Assembly (NCBI GenBank): GCA_965649205.1
Contig: CBFGJV010000012.1
Coordinates: 10,971-74,970, forward strand
Direction of reading: 5' to 3'
DNA length: 64,000 nucleotides
DNA from: a candidate division WOR-3 bacterium
Lineage (GTDB): Bacteria; Hydrothermota; Tepidihabitantia; Tepidihabitantales; Tepidihabitantaceae
In this document: in pieces, positions 20,352 to 32,983 of the stretch
Layout: every line of letters starts with the position of its first letter
Position numbering within the stretch: the first letter of the stretch is position 1
Notes under the pieces: model-generated
The model's input: only the letters and a program-made list of their open reading frames with translations
Database searches by the model: none
Told to the model about the DNA's origin: nothing
Made by a program: the position numbers and the translations under genes

Positions 20352-20492
20352 GCATATTGCCCAAGATTTCAGTTTAACCGGCTATTAGGAATTGCTTCCT
20401 TTTTCGTTGACAGTAGAAGTTGACGGTTAAGACAACCAGGCTATATTTAGCAACTTGCGAGCAGAAACTTCTTAGCTTTTCATACTCTACTT

Positions 20493-20750
20493 ATGTTGAA
20501 GGCTGAAATCACAATTCGAGGGCCGATAGGCCTGCATGCTCGTCCAGCGGCCGATTTTGTACGTGTAGCTGAAAAATACCGTTCGAAGGTACGATTGGGA
20601 AAGAACGGCGTGTGGGTAAACGGGAGGAGTATTCTGTCTATTCTTACTTTGGCTGCGGAGAGCGGCAGTAAGGTAATCTTGGAGGTGTCAGGCGAGGATG
20701 AGGTTGAGGCGTTTCGCGCTCTAAAGGGGGTACTGGAACGTGAATCGTAG
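20493..20750 (+). CDS. ptsH: PTS phosphocarrier HPr
   Basis: GLHARPAA (His15) and NGRSILSILTL (Ser46 region). Confidence 0.95.
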   Translation: MLKAEITIRGPIGLHARPAADFVRVAEKYRSKVRLGKNGVWVNGRSILSILTLAAESGSKVILEVSGEDEVEAFRALKGVLERES

Positions 20751-22545
20751 GGATTCTGGACGTAGATCTCAGAGCGTGGAGCGTATTCTGCGCGGCATTC
20801 CCGTATCTCGCGGTTTCGCCCAAGGCGTGGTGCATATCTACCGACCTTCTCTTCCTGAACTGGAGGAACAGGTACTTAGTCCGGACAAAATTCCTGTCGA
20901 ACTCGAACGTTTTCGGCAAGCCATAAATTTGGCAAGGCAGGAACTGCGTGAACTGTATGCCAGTGTGAAACGAGATATGGGCCGCGATTTTGCCGATTTC
21001 ATAGAGGTTCAGTTGGCAATGTTGGAGGACGAAGAAGTTTTGAACTCCACGGAGCGCTTCATAAGAGAAAACGGGCGCAATGCTGAGTTCGCCTATGCGG
21101 AGACCCTGCGGCGTCTGACTAAGCCGGTGAGTGACTCGCATATTCCGGTGATTAGGGAAAGAACTTTGGACGTGCTGGACGTAGGCACAAGGGTGTTACG
21201 ACATCTGACTGGTAGCGAAATGTCATCTTTGAGCGGCGTGCGGCCTGGCACTGTGGTGATTGCGCACGACTTACCACCCTCGGAAGCAGCTCTTCTCGAT
21301 CCTACACGAGTAAAGGGTTTGGTGCTGGAAGTTGGAGGGAAGACTTCGCATACGGCGATTATGGCAAAGGCAAAAGAGATTCCGGCAGTGGTTGGTGTGG
21401 AAGGAGCCTGTCGCTTGGCAATTCCCGGGGCGAACGCATTCGTTGATGGTTACCGGGGACTCGCCATTCTTAATCCGACCAAGAAACGATTGAGTGCCTA
21501 CCGTTCTGAGATTGAGCTGTATCGCAAGCATCAGCGGTCTCTATCTGGGCTGAGCGAGCAAGAACCGGTTACCTTGGACGGCAAGATGATAGATCTGTCT
21601 GCGAACATTGAGTTCCTGTCCGAGGCTCGGATTGCGGTGCAGAATGGGGCGAGAGGGGTAGGATTGTTTCGTACCGAGTACATTTATCTTTCCAGACTGA
21701 GACCGGCCACAGAAGAGGAGCAGTTTGAAACTTATGCCGAGGTGGCACGGTTGGTGCGACCCTGGTCAGTCATAGTTCGGACTTTTGATCTCGGAGGAGA
21801 CAAGGTGGTACCAGGCTATGTGGAGACCAATCCCTTCCTGGGTTGGAGAGGGCTGAGACTTTGTCTTGATAACGTTGAGCTGTTTCGACACCAATTGCGG
21901 GCTGCGTTGAGGGCCTCTGCCTTTGGGAGGGTGAAGCTTATGTTCCCTATGGTCTCCACTATTGAGGAGTTGCGCCGGGCTAAGCTTATCTTGGAGCAGG
22001 CAAGAGAAGAGTTGAGGAAAGAAGGCAAGAAGTTTGATGAGCATATGGAGGTCGGAGTTATGGTGGAAACGCCGTCTGCCGCCATTCTTGCCGCGCATCT
22101 GGCCCGGGAGTGTTCTTTTCTGTCTATCGGCTCCAATGACCTCACCCAGTATACTCTGGCTGTTGATCGCAGCAATGAGAGGGTGGCGGAACTATATGAT
22201 CACTTTCATCCCGCTGTTCTAGAGTTGATTCGCCAGACCATAGTAGCCGCTCACAAGCAGGGTATCTGGGTGGGATTGTGTGGAGAGTTTGCGGCAGACC
22301 CCTTGGGGGTTCTTGTTCTCCTCGGACTTGGTATAGACGAACTTTCTGTAGCTCCCGCCCTCATCCCGGAGACAAAGAAGGTCATCCGCTCCATTGATAC
22401 CGGTTCTGCAGCAGAGATAATGGAATCGGCAATGAAATTGGCTACTGCAGTAGAAGTGCGACGATTTCTGCGTCGAGAGATGTACCGGCGGTTTCCTAAG
22501 CTGGCTGAGTTTGCCTTTGAACTGGGAGGAGATAACATAAGATGA
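20740..22545 (+). CDS. ptsI: PTS enzyme I (PEP-protein phosphotransferase)
   Basis: GGKTSHTAI, GVGLFRTE, NPFLGWRG, SIGSNDLTQY and GLCGE motifs. Confidence 0.96.
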   Translation: MNRRDSGRRSQSVERILRGIPVSRGFAQGVVHIYRPSLPELEEQVLSPDKIPVELERFRQAINLARQELRELYASVKRDMGRDFADFIEVQLAMLEDEEVLNSTERFIRENGRNAEFAYAETLRRLTKPVSDSHIPVIRERTLDVLDVGTRVLRHLTGSEMSSLSGVRPGTVVIAHDLPPSEAALLDPTRVKGLVLEVGGKTSHTAIMAKAKEIPAVVGVEGACRLAIPGANAFVDGYRGLAILNPTKKRLSAYRSEIELYRKHQRSLSGLSEQEPVTLDGKMIDLSANIEFLSEARIAVQNGARGVGLFRTEYIYLSRLRPATEEEQFETYAEVARLVRPWSVIVRTFDLGGDKVVPGYVETNPFLGWRGLRLCLDNVELFRHQLRAALRASAFGRVKLMFPMVSTIEELRRAKLILEQAREELRKEGKKFDEHMEVGVMVETPSAAILAAHLARECSFLSIGSNDLTQYTLAVDRSNERVAELYDHFHPAVLELIRQTIVAAHKQGIWVGLCGEFAADPLGVLVLLGLGIDELSVAPALIPETKKVIRSIDTGSAAEIMESAMKLATAVEVRRFLRREMYRRFPKLAEFAFELGGDNIR

Positions 22546-23609
22546 AGGAGGAAGAGCGAATGCCGGGTTGTCTCAGAAAAAAGAAAGAATTGTTCCAGAA
22601 CGGCTATGCGAAAATGCTGGAATTGGTCATGGAGTTACCCAGACAGCTGACTACAGCGGAGAGGATTACCCGCCAGGTGGATTTAGGACCACGCTGTAAC
22701 TCGCACCACGTTATTGTTGCGGGGATGGGGGGCTCGGGGATAGGGGCAGAGCTGGTGAGTGGACTGGTGGCCAATAAGGTGAGGTTTATAGTTGTGCCGT
22801 GTCGGGACTATTCTCTTCCGAATTTCGCTGACAGCAATTCGTTGTGTTTTGTGGTCAGTTATTCCGGTAATACAGAAGAAACACTGAGCGCGTTTGCAGA
22901 CGCCCGTCGCCGGGGATGCAGAATAGTAGCGGTTACCAGTGGTGGTCAGTTGGCTGAGTTGGCGAGCAAGGCTCGGCTACCTGTCATTCTGGTTCCTTCT
23001 GGGTTGCCTCCTCGGGCTGCGTTGGGTTATCTGTTTGCTCCTCTGATAGTTTCGCTACAGAGGCTGGGCCTGTATGAGGAGTTGGGTCAGGAACTGAGTC
23101 GCACAGCCGATTTGCTTTTGCGTCGTCAAAAGTTACTTCACCGCAAGGCAAAGCTCATAGCAAACTGTCTGCGGGGACAGTTTCCTCTTGTTTATTCTAC
23201 TACCAGGCTGCTGGACGGGGTAGCAGAGCGCTGGCGTTGTCAGTTGAATGAGAACGCCAAAGTAATGTGTCATACCAGTTCATTGCCGGAGCATAACCAC
23301 AACGAAATAGTAGGCATGGGAAGGCCTATTTTTCTTGCCCGACATTCGGTTATCATAGCCCTTCTTGATTCCACTACCCACCCACATACCAGACAACGTC
23401 TTAAGCATCTGCTGGATATTGCCCGTGGTACCTTCAAAGACAAGTTTCTTTTGGAAATCACGAACGGTTCTGAACTGTTTCGTGTCCTGTCCCTGGTTAT
23501 GCTCGGTGACCTGGTGAGCGTGGAGTTGGCCCTAAGACTGGGTGTGGATCCTATGCCGGTGGTCAGAATTGATGAACTGAAGCGCAGAATGAGTCTGGCA
23601 AAGAAATAA
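22542..23609 (+). CDS. Bifunctional phosphoglucose/phosphomannose isomerase (archaeal-type SIS)
   Basis: GMGGSGIG, SYSGNTEET, QLNENAK and PEHNHNEI motifs. Confidence 0.9.
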   Translation: MKEEERMPGCLRKKKELFQNGYAKMLELVMELPRQLTTAERITRQVDLGPRCNSHHVIVAGMGGSGIGAELVSGLVANKVRFIVVPCRDYSLPNFADSNSLCFVVSYSGNTEETLSAFADARRRGCRIVAVTSGGQLAELASKARLPVILVPSGLPPRAALGYLFAPLIVSLQRLGLYEELGQELSRTADLLLRRQKLLHRKAKLIANCLRGQFPLVYSTTRLLDGVAERWRCQLNENAKVMCHTSSLPEHNHNEIVGMGRPIFLARHSVIIALLDSTTHPHTRQRLKHLLDIARGTFKDKFLLEITNGSELFRVLSLVMLGDLVSVELALRLGVDPMPVVRIDELKRRMSLAKK

Positions 23610-23631
23610 CCAACAAGGTAGGAACTGGGGC

Positions 23632-24612
23632 ATGAGTAGATTCAAAGCATTGGTGCCAGCAGCAGGAGAGGGAAGAAGGTTGCGACCGCACACCCATGTG
23701 ACGCCCAAAGTTTTGCTGGAGGTGGCAGGTAAACCGATACTGGGCCACATAATGGATAGATTACTTCCTGCCGAGCCAGAGGAAATATGCGTAGTTGTAG
23801 GAGCACAGAGCGAACAGGTAGAGTCATATCTCAGAGAGAACTACAGGGCCAATTTCACTTTTGTACATCAGGATGACCCCAAAGGATTGGGTGATGCCGT
23901 ATTTCGCGCCAGAGAACGATTTAGGAACGAACCAATACTTATCTTGCTGGGGGACACAATAGTAGATCTTGATATCAGCGAGGTGGTGGGAGACACCAAC
24001 ATGGTGGCGGTGAAGGAGGTGGAGAATCCGAGGAGATTTGGTATTGTGGAGGTAGAGGGGAAGGCTGTGAAGAGAGTAGTGGAAAAGCCAGAGCATCCAG
24101 CCAGCAGGCTCGCAATCGTAGGTCTTTATTACTTTTCCAATGCAGAACAGCTTTTTGGTGCTCTCGGGCAGCTTATCAGCAGTGGTCACAGGACCAGAGG
24201 CGAATTTCAACTTACCGATGCTCTTCAGCTTATGCTGGAGTCTGGAGTGAGTATGACTGTAAAACATATAGAACACTGGCTGGACTGCGGCACTCCAGAC
24301 GCATTACTGGCAACCAATCGTTACCTGCTGTCCAAGAATAATTACTGCCGCTCAAGGGAAGGAGTGGTGATAGTGCCGCCGGTGTATGTGCACGACACTG
24401 CAAGGTTGCACAATGCGGTTGTGGGGCCTTATGTTTCAATAGGCGCTAACGCGGAGGTCAGAGATTCTGTAGTCAGCGACTCCATAGTCAATCGCGAAGC
24501 GGTCGTGGAATGTGCTCTTTTGGAGCATTCTATCCTCGGAGAGCAGTCAGTTGTGAAAGGTACTCCCCGCAGGTTGAATCTGGGAGGGTTTTCGGAATTG
24601 GAGATGGGATAG
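23632..24612 (+). CDS. Sugar-1-phosphate nucleotidyltransferase (glucose-1-phosphate thymidylyltransferase-like, long form)
   Basis: PAAGEGRRLRPHT..PK, VEKP, GEFQLTDAL and WLDCGT motifs; C-terminal left-handed beta-helix. Confidence 0.88.
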   Translation: MSRFKALVPAAGEGRRLRPHTHVTPKVLLEVAGKPILGHIMDRLLPAEPEEICVVVGAQSEQVESYLRENYRANFTFVHQDDPKGLGDAVFRARERFRNEPILILLGDTIVDLDISEVVGDTNMVAVKEVENPRRFGIVEVEGKAVKRVVEKPEHPASRLAIVGLYYFSNAEQLFGALGQLISSGHRTRGEFQLTDALQLMLESGVSMTVKHIEHWLDCGTPDALLATNRYLLSKNNYCRSREGVVIVPPVYVHDTARLHNAVVGPYVSIGANAEVRDSVVSDSIVNREAVVECALLEHSILGEQSVVKGTPRRLNLGGFSELEMG

Positions 24613-24658
24613 GGAGAATGGTGCGGAGAGGTGGAATACCACGTGGCTTACAGTCTAG

Positions 24659-26949
<2,291 letters not shown>

Positions 26950-27052
26950 TCATGAGCGAGTCTTTTTCTGGTCCGTAACATAGTAATTGTTTGCTTCGGT
27001 AGTTTGCCCTTTCTCGCGTTGACATAGCGCAGTCAGGGTTGCAGAATGAAAT

Positions 27053-27484
27053 ATGGATTTATTGGAGAGGCTGACAGCCGAAGGGTTGAGTATTCTTGTG
27101 CGCCGGGACGAACAGGATTTATACTCGTCCACCTTAAATGGGGTTAGACCGCTGTTGGAATTGCTTGACTGGTTTCCCGCCGGTCTTGCAGGCGCGGTGG
27201 TTGCCGACCGGCTGGTCGGAACCTGTGCGGCACGCATTCTGGCACATCTCCGTCCCCGTGAGGTTTTAGCTCTCAGGGGCACAGTAGAAGCCGGAAGTAT
27301 CCTCTTTGCCGCTAACATAGAGTTCGGATGCAGAGAGACGATACCTTATGTCAGTAATCGTGATAACAAGGGGCCGTGTCCGTTTGAGGTGCTCAGTTTC
27401 CGCTACGACGACATATATGAGCTGATACAGGCGGTGCGCGAGAAACTGCAGCAAGTTGTCGCAGGGACAGTAGACAAGAAATAA
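27053..27484 (+). CDS. DUF1893 (TM1506-like) domain protein
   Basis: GVRPLL, ADRLVG and NRDNKGPCPFE motifs; leaderless-type promoter TTGACA-N17-CAGAAT 5 nt upstream. Confidence 0.8.
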   Translation: MDLLERLTAEGLSILVRRDEQDLYSSTLNGVRPLLELLDWFPAGLAGAVVADRLVGTCAARILAHLRPREVLALRGTVEAGSILFAANIEFGCRETIPYVSNRDNKGPCPFEVLSFRYDDIYELIQAVREKLQQVVAGTVDKK

Positions 27485-27641
27485 GACAGCTGCTCGAAGG
27501 AACAGAGCAGGCGGCTTGGGTATATTGACAACCGACGGGTGAGGAAGAAAATAATAAAGGAATAGAGAGGGCAAAGTGGCAGGGGCCGGAGAGGGTGTGG
27601 TTTTGAAGGTGGCAGGCGAAGAATGAAAGAAGGAGGTAGTC

Positions 27642-30600
27642 GTGAGCAGAAGGTTTGTGTGGCTGCTTGCTTTGATTCTTGTGTTTGGGCTGGCGGGGGG
27701 CAGTGAGACAAATCAGCCGGCAGCAACAGAGTTTCAGAGTCTGCACAAGGAACTGAGCAGGATTTCTGACTCCAGGGCAGTAACCTTTCTTCCCAATGGA
27801 GACGGATCGTTCCGAGTGGTGCTGCGAGCACTTCCTCCTGTTGGGTCTACTGGTAATCCAGTAGACGGCGGCACATACATAACCGGTCAGACCGGAACGC
27901 TGGAATGCCAGCAAATTCTTGTATTTAGCACATATTACAAGTACTTTCCTGGTTACGATGCGGTCTGCCACTGGCAGGATTATGGCTTGTGGACGTACCA
28001 GTACGCGCGGGGCACCTGTGAGTGGGATCTGAGTCCTCTTCCGGATGATATGGTGATAGACAGCGTGTATTGCCGCAGCTATGCAACCAGTCTCACAAAC
28101 ACAGTTACAAAGGTTGACCTGTATCAGATGGCAAACAGGCCTTCCACTACGAGCAACGCGCAGACTTTGTACAACGACGCCGGAGACGGAGAGATTTTTG
28201 GTACCTATCAGCCGATAACCGATGTACCGGGATGGTATTCTGTGAAGTTTACAGATGCTGGTAGAGACGAGATACAGAGTAGACTTACCAGCGGTGACTG
28301 GTTTGCCATCGGCTATACCGGAGCTGGCAGCGGCAATCCGTGGCAGATACGGTTTATCAATGTGGAAAACTGGCCGGAGCTGGTATTTTTCTTCAGCGGA
28401 TTGGACATTGCGTCTGATGCGGTGCTCTCTCCTACCGGAACCATACGGGTGAACGTGCCGGTTACCCCGCGGGTACGCGTGCAGCATATCAGCGGTACTT
28501 CGGCAGTATGTGACCTGGAGCTGAGGGTGTACAAGGGCGACTCATTGGTACACAGTCAGAAGAAGATAGGCGTGGTGCTGAATAGTGAAGAGACCAGGGA
28601 AGTTGACTTTAATATCGCCTGGACTCCGCAGGATACCGGAGAGCACAGGGTGGTATTCTGGCATACTTTGACGCCTGACGAAGAACCGGGCAATGATACC
28701 GCTGAGCTGGTTTTTCGCGTCAGGCCGGTGGATGTGGGTGCTGCTGGCATAATTGTACCTGCGGACGGGGCAGAGTACGAGTTTGGCGAGCCTATTGTAC
28801 CGAAGGCTCTAGTTTCAAATTACACCGATGATGCAGAGACGAGTGTGCCTGTACGGATGCGCATTTATACTTCTGGTGGACAGGAGGTGTGGAGTGCTTT
28901 GCAGACTGTGGACCTGGATGCGAACGAGACCGAGAAGCCTGTTGAGTTTGGGCTTGTTGAGCCGCAGCTGGCCGCTGGTTACTATGCGGTAACCTGCAGT
29001 ACGGAACTTTTGCCCGACTGGAAACCGGAGAACAACCGTTACCCTCCTTCGGGGACTCATACCTTTGTGGTATTGAACCGTGTTCCGGTGACTACTTCTA
29101 TTGCCCCGAACGAGAAGCAGGCAGGCGAGCCCGGTTTTGTTCTGACTGTGTACGGTTCCAATTTTGTTTACAACTCCGTGGTGCGTTTTGAGGGTTCAGA
29201 TCGGCCTACTACCTATGTGGATGAGAACACACTGCAGGCGCAGATTTCTGCAGACGACATCAAGTTTGGTGGCACTTTCAGTATCACGGTATTCAATCCT
29301 GCACCTGGCGGAGGCACTTCCAATGCGCAAGTTTTGACGGTCTATAACCGGGTGCCTGTGACTACGGGCATTATTCCGGCTGAGAAGGAAGTGGGAGAGT
29401 CTGAGTTTGTGCTGACGGTTAGCGGAGAGTTTTTCGTGCCTGGCGCGGTGGTGCGTTGGAATGGCTCTAATCGGTACACTGAATATGTGAACGGCACGAC
29501 TCTGGAGGCTATTATTCTTGAGTCGGATTTGAGTACTGCCGGACTGTTTTCTGTTGATGTGGTGAATCCTGCGCCTGGTGGTGGCACTTCCAATGTCCAG
29601 ACCTTTACAGTGAAGACCCCTGTGCCCAATCTGACTCAGATAGAGCCGACCGAAGGTACGCAGGGTCAGGCGGGATTGGAGATAGTGTTCACGGGTGGCG
29701 GATTCATCCCGGATGTTACCCAGGTAGGGTTTGGGCCGGGCAACGGGATTACGGTGAATTCGGTTACAGTAACAAGTCCTGAGGAGTTGATAGCTAATAT
29801 AGATATTGCGGCGGATGCCACAGTAGGCAAGTGGGATGTGTCTGTGAGTAATCCTGGGCCGGGTGGTGGGGTTGCGGTGCTAGCGGAGGGGTTTGAGGTG
29901 AAAGAGCCAACGCTTCAGGACTTCAGCCTGCTTGCGCCAGAGGACGGAGCGGTGGATTTGCCTGTGACAGGGCTTGTGTTTCAGTGGGAGGATGCGAATC
30001 CTGGTGATGCGGCGAGCTATGAGGTGTGGCTGGGTCTGCCTGGCGAGCTGGTGAAGGTGAAGGAGGGTCTGACCGAGCCCAGCTGGACCTATGATTTGGC
30101 AGAGCCACTTTTACCCAATACTGCCTATAGCTGGAATGTGAAGGCGGTTCTAGAGTCTGATGGAGAGAAGTGGGCATTGAACGGTCCGTTTGGGTTTACG
30201 ATTGCGGATGTTCCGCCGGCTCCGACCAATCTGAGTCCTGACCAAGAGGAGGATGTAGCAAGGTCTGGAATGCTGACCTGGGATCCGTTCCTGGTATATG
30301 GTGCGCCGGTAGATTCGTATGTGGTGTGGTTGGGTGCGGGCACGCCGGAGCGGTATGGCAATGCGGGCAAGAATACGCAGTATCCGTATTCGGGTCTGGC
30401 GGGGAGCACCACATACAGCTGGTATGTGGCGGCCTGGGGTCCGGGCGGAGTGACGCTTTCAGCCACAGCCCAGTTTACTACGCAGGTGGAGACACCGGCG
30501 TGGGAGAAGGGCTGGGTGGCAGTGAAATCCTTGCCGCAGGAGCCGACCACTACCAAGGCGCCGAAGGCCGGAGCGTGGCTGGTCACGGGTCCGGACAATG

Positions 30601-31790
30601 CTGGCAGCGGCAAGGTAATCTATGCGGCTAAGGGCAATAAGACGAGTGACTTCTACAAGTACTATCCGGAAAAAGACAGCTGGGCGATACTGGGAGCGAT
30701 ACCAGATGTGGAGCCTGCGACAGGGAAGGCCAAGTTGGTGTCCAAGGGCAGCCGGGCAGTGACGGATGGAAAAGACTACCTGTATGTACTCAAGGGGAAT
30801 GGCACGCAGGGGTTCTGGCGTTATCGGGTGGAAGACGGCAAGTGGGACACTTTGACGCGTGTGCCGGTAAAGATAAAGGGTGGCAACGACATGGCGTATG
30901 TGAAGCGTGGTGGCAAGGAGTATTTGTATCTGTTGGCGGGCGGCAAGACAGCGTTCTACCGGTTTGATGTGGAGCGGGGAGAATGGATGATGCTAGACAG
31001 CGCTCCGTACGGAGGGAACAAGAAGAAGTACGGGGCGGGTTCTTTCCTGGTATACGACAAGGGTAGTTATCTGTATGCGCATCAGGCGAATGTGGTGGGC
31101 GACTCGTTCCATTACATGTTCCGGTATGACTTAGCGAAAGACAGCTGGCAGACTACGGCGTTGCGCGGTTTGCCGTTATACGGGACGGAAGCAGGGAAGC
31201 TGAACAAGAAGAAGAAGTCGAAGGACGGAGCTGGTGCGGTGTGGTATGCGGGTCGGATTTATGCGGTGAAAGGCGGTGGGAGCCAGAACTTCTACCGGTA
31301 CAATCCTGTAGGCGACAGCTGGACGGCGTTGGACACGATACCGCGGACAGGAGCGAGCGGGACCAAGGGAGTAGTGAAGGCAGGCGGCGCCTTGGCGAAC
31401 TGGGGAGATGCGTTCTTCCTCTTGAAGGGCAACAACACCTACGAATTCTGGCGGTATGTGCAGCCTGTATTCCAGGTGGCGAGCGCCCAGCCATCAAGGC
31501 GTGACGGAGTGCAGACGCAGGGGCAGAAGCGAGCGGTGGTGTTGAGAGTAGCGCCGAATCCTATAGCGAGTGGCTTTGCGGTGCTGAGGCTGGAGGGGTA
31601 CAGAGGCACGAGAGCGCAGGTGCGGGTGTACGATGCTGTGGGTCGGTGTGTAGTATCTCGTCCTGTGGAGGTTAGGAGCCTGCAGCAGGGTGTGGTGCTA
31701 GACCTGCGGCATTTGTCCAGTGGTGTGTATCTGGTGCGGCTGGATGGAGCAGGTCTTGCCGTGGCGCAGAAGCTGGTGGTGCAGAAATAG
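27642..31790 (+). CDS. Large secreted multidomain protein: CARDB-like, 3x IPT/TIG, FN3-like, Kelch-like propeller, T9SS-type CTD
   Basis: SD GGAGGT; signal peptide; NPAPGGGTSN repeats; KGN.T..F..Y propeller blades; C-terminal APNP..YDAVGR..SGVYLV..KLVV. Confidence 0.85.
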   Translation: MSRRFVWLLALILVFGLAGGSETNQPAATEFQSLHKELSRISDSRAVTFLPNGDGSFRVVLRALPPVGSTGNPVDGGTYITGQTGTLECQQILVFSTYYKYFPGYDAVCHWQDYGLWTYQYARGTCEWDLSPLPDDMVIDSVYCRSYATSLTNTVTKVDLYQMANRPSTTSNAQTLYNDAGDGEIFGTYQPITDVPGWYSVKFTDAGRDEIQSRLTSGDWFAIGYTGAGSGNPWQIRFINVENWPELVFFFSGLDIASDAVLSPTGTIRVNVPVTPRVRVQHISGTSAVCDLELRVYKGDSLVHSQKKIGVVLNSEETREVDFNIAWTPQDTGEHRVVFWHTLTPDEEPGNDTAELVFRVRPVDVGAAGIIVPADGAEYEFGEPIVPKALVSNYTDDAETSVPVRMRIYTSGGQEVWSALQTVDLDANETEKPVEFGLVEPQLAAGYYAVTCSTELLPDWKPENNRYPPSGTHTFVVLNRVPVTTSIAPNEKQAGEPGFVLTVYGSNFVYNSVVRFEGSDRPTTYVDENTLQAQISADDIKFGGTFSITVFNPAPGGGTSNAQVLTVYNRVPVTTGIIPAEKEVGESEFVLTVSGEFFVPGAVVRWNGSNRYTEYVNGTTLEAIILESDLSTAGLFSVDVVNPAPGGGTSNVQTFTVKTPVPNLTQIEPTEGTQGQAGLEIVFTGGGFIPDVTQVGFGPGNGITVNSVTVTSPEELIANIDIAADATVGKWDVSVSNPGPGGGVAVLAEGFEVKEPTLQDFSLLAPEDGAVDLPVTGLVFQWEDANPGDAASYEVWLGLPGELVKVKEGLTEPSWTYDLAEPLLPNTAYSWNVKAVLESDGEKWALNGPFGFTIADVPPAPTNLSPDQEEDVARSGMLTWDPFLVYGAPVDSYVVWLGAGTPERYGNAGKNTQYPYSGLAGSTTYSWYVAAWGPGGVTLSATAQFTTQVETPAWEKGWVAVKSLPQEPTTTKAPKAGAWLVTGPDNAGSGKVIYAAKGNKTSDFYKYYPEKDSWAILGAIPDVEPATGKAKLVSKGSRAVTDGKDYLYVLKGNGTQGFWRYRVEDGKWDTLTRVPVKIKGGNDMAYVKRGGKEYLYLLAGGKTAFYRFDVERGEWMMLDSAPYGGNKKKYGAGSFLVYDKGSYLYAHQANVVGDSFHYMFRYDLAKDSWQTTALRGLPLYGTEAGKLNKKKKSKDGAGAVWYAGRIYAVKGGGSQNFYRYNPVGDSWTALDTIPRTGASGTKGVVKAGGALANWGDAFFLLKGNNTYEFWRYVQPVFQVASAQPSRRDGVQTQGQKRAVVLRVAPNPIASGFAVLRLEGYRGTRAQVRVYDAVGRCVVSRPVEVRSLQQGVVLDLRHLSSGVYLVRLDGAGLAVAQKLVVQK
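29076..29900 (+). repeat. Three tandem IPT/TIG-coding repeats with a 270-bp period
   Basis: Units start at 29076, 29346 and 29616. The first two share aaccg.gt.cc.gtgactac and aatcctgc.cctgg.gg.ggcacttccaatg; the third is more diverged. Confidence 0.75.
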
Positions 31791-31810
31791 GACGGGGGAG
31801 AGTGGAGACT

Positions 31811-31842
31811 CAGGAGCGGGCCTTCGGGCCCGCTCCTGTTTT
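31811..31842 (+). terminator. Rho-independent terminator
   Basis: CAGGAGCGGGCC-TTCG-GGCCCGCTCCTG-TTTT. Confidence 0.85.
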
Positions 31843-31940
31843 GCGGTGACTGGAAAACGCAAGGAAGTTTGTCTTGCGTTAGTTGTTTCAAGGTGTCTTC
31901 CCGGATAGAATGATTCACGAGCAAGTTTGTGGAGGAGTCA

Positions 31941-32948
31941 ATGGCTAGTAATACCGGTTATGAAAGGTGGAGTCGGGAGCAAGCTTGGAACTGGTACAAG
32001 AAGCAGCCCTGGCTGGTAGGCTGTAACTTCATTCCCAGCACCGCAGTGAATCAGCTGGAGATGTGGCAAAAAGAGACCTTTGACCCGCAGAGTATTGAAC
32101 GCGAGTTGGGTTTAGCCGCCTCCATCGGTTTCAATACCGTACGTACCTATCTGCATGACCTGGCCTGGTTGGTTGATCGCCAGGGGTTCTTGCAGCGGGT
32201 AGAGCGTTTTCTGGATATTGCGGCGCAGAAAAAGATAAAGCCCATACTTGTTTTCTTTGACGACTGCTGGGGGACTGAGTTTGCTCCGGGCAAACAACCA
32301 GACCCCATTCCCGGCGTTCACAATTCTGGCTGGGTGCAGAGTCCGGGCAGCAAGGTGGTGACTTCTCCTGCTCAGTGGGGAAGGTTGGAGGAATATGTGG
32401 GCGAGGTGCTGGAGCGTTTCGCTCAGGACGAAAGGGTGCTTATGTGGGATTTGTATAATGAACCCGGGAATAACAACTTGGGAGAGAGGTCGCTGCCGCT
32501 GTTGCGAGATGTATTTGACTGGGCGCGCAGGGCAGCACCCTCTCAGCCTTTGACGGCTGGCTTGTGGTATGACAATTCGGTGCTGAATGAGTTTCAGCTA
32601 AAGGCCTCAGACATAGTTACCTTTCACAACTACAACGATACAGGAGAGCTGGAAAGACAGATAAAAGAGTTGAAAAGACATGGAAGGCCGCTGGTTTGTA
32701 CCGAGTATATGGCTCGCACCAGAAACAGCCGTTTTGAAACGCATCTACCTGTTTTCAAGCGCGAAAGGGTAGGTTGTCTGAACTGGGGGCTGGTAAGAGG
32801 TAAAACGCAGACTATCTTTCCCTGGGGTTCGCCAGCGGGGGCTGCGGGGCCAGCAATATGGTTTCACGATATTTTCTGGCCGGATGGTACACCGTATGCG
32901 GAGGAAGAAGTAAGACTAATTCGCAGCCTGACAGGTTCGGCGTGCTGA
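31941..32948 (+). CDS. Clan GH-A (GH5-like) glycoside hydrolase, often annotated as 1,4-beta-xylanase
   Basis: WDLYNEP acid/base motif, CTEYMAR nucleophile motif and NWGLVRGKTQT; no signal peptide. Confidence 0.85.
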   Translation: MASNTGYERWSREQAWNWYKKQPWLVGCNFIPSTAVNQLEMWQKETFDPQSIERELGLAASIGFNTVRTYLHDLAWLVDRQGFLQRVERFLDIAAQKKIKPILVFFDDCWGTEFAPGKQPDPIPGVHNSGWVQSPGSKVVTSPAQWGRLEEYVGEVLERFAQDERVLMWDLYNEPGNNNLGERSLPLLRDVFDWARRAAPSQPLTAGLWYDNSVLNEFQLKASDIVTFHNYNDTGELERQIKELKRHGRPLVCTEYMARTRNSRFETHLPVFKRERVGCLNWGLVRGKTQTIFPWGSPAGAAGPAIWFHDIFWPDGTPYAEEEVRLIRSLTGSAC

Positions 32949-32983
32949 TTGTGTGGCCCGCGGGTCCCCGGTTGTGTTGTAAG

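Noticed and set aside
27393..28487. 364-aa minus-strand ORF
   Set aside because: Antisense shadow of the large secreted protein.
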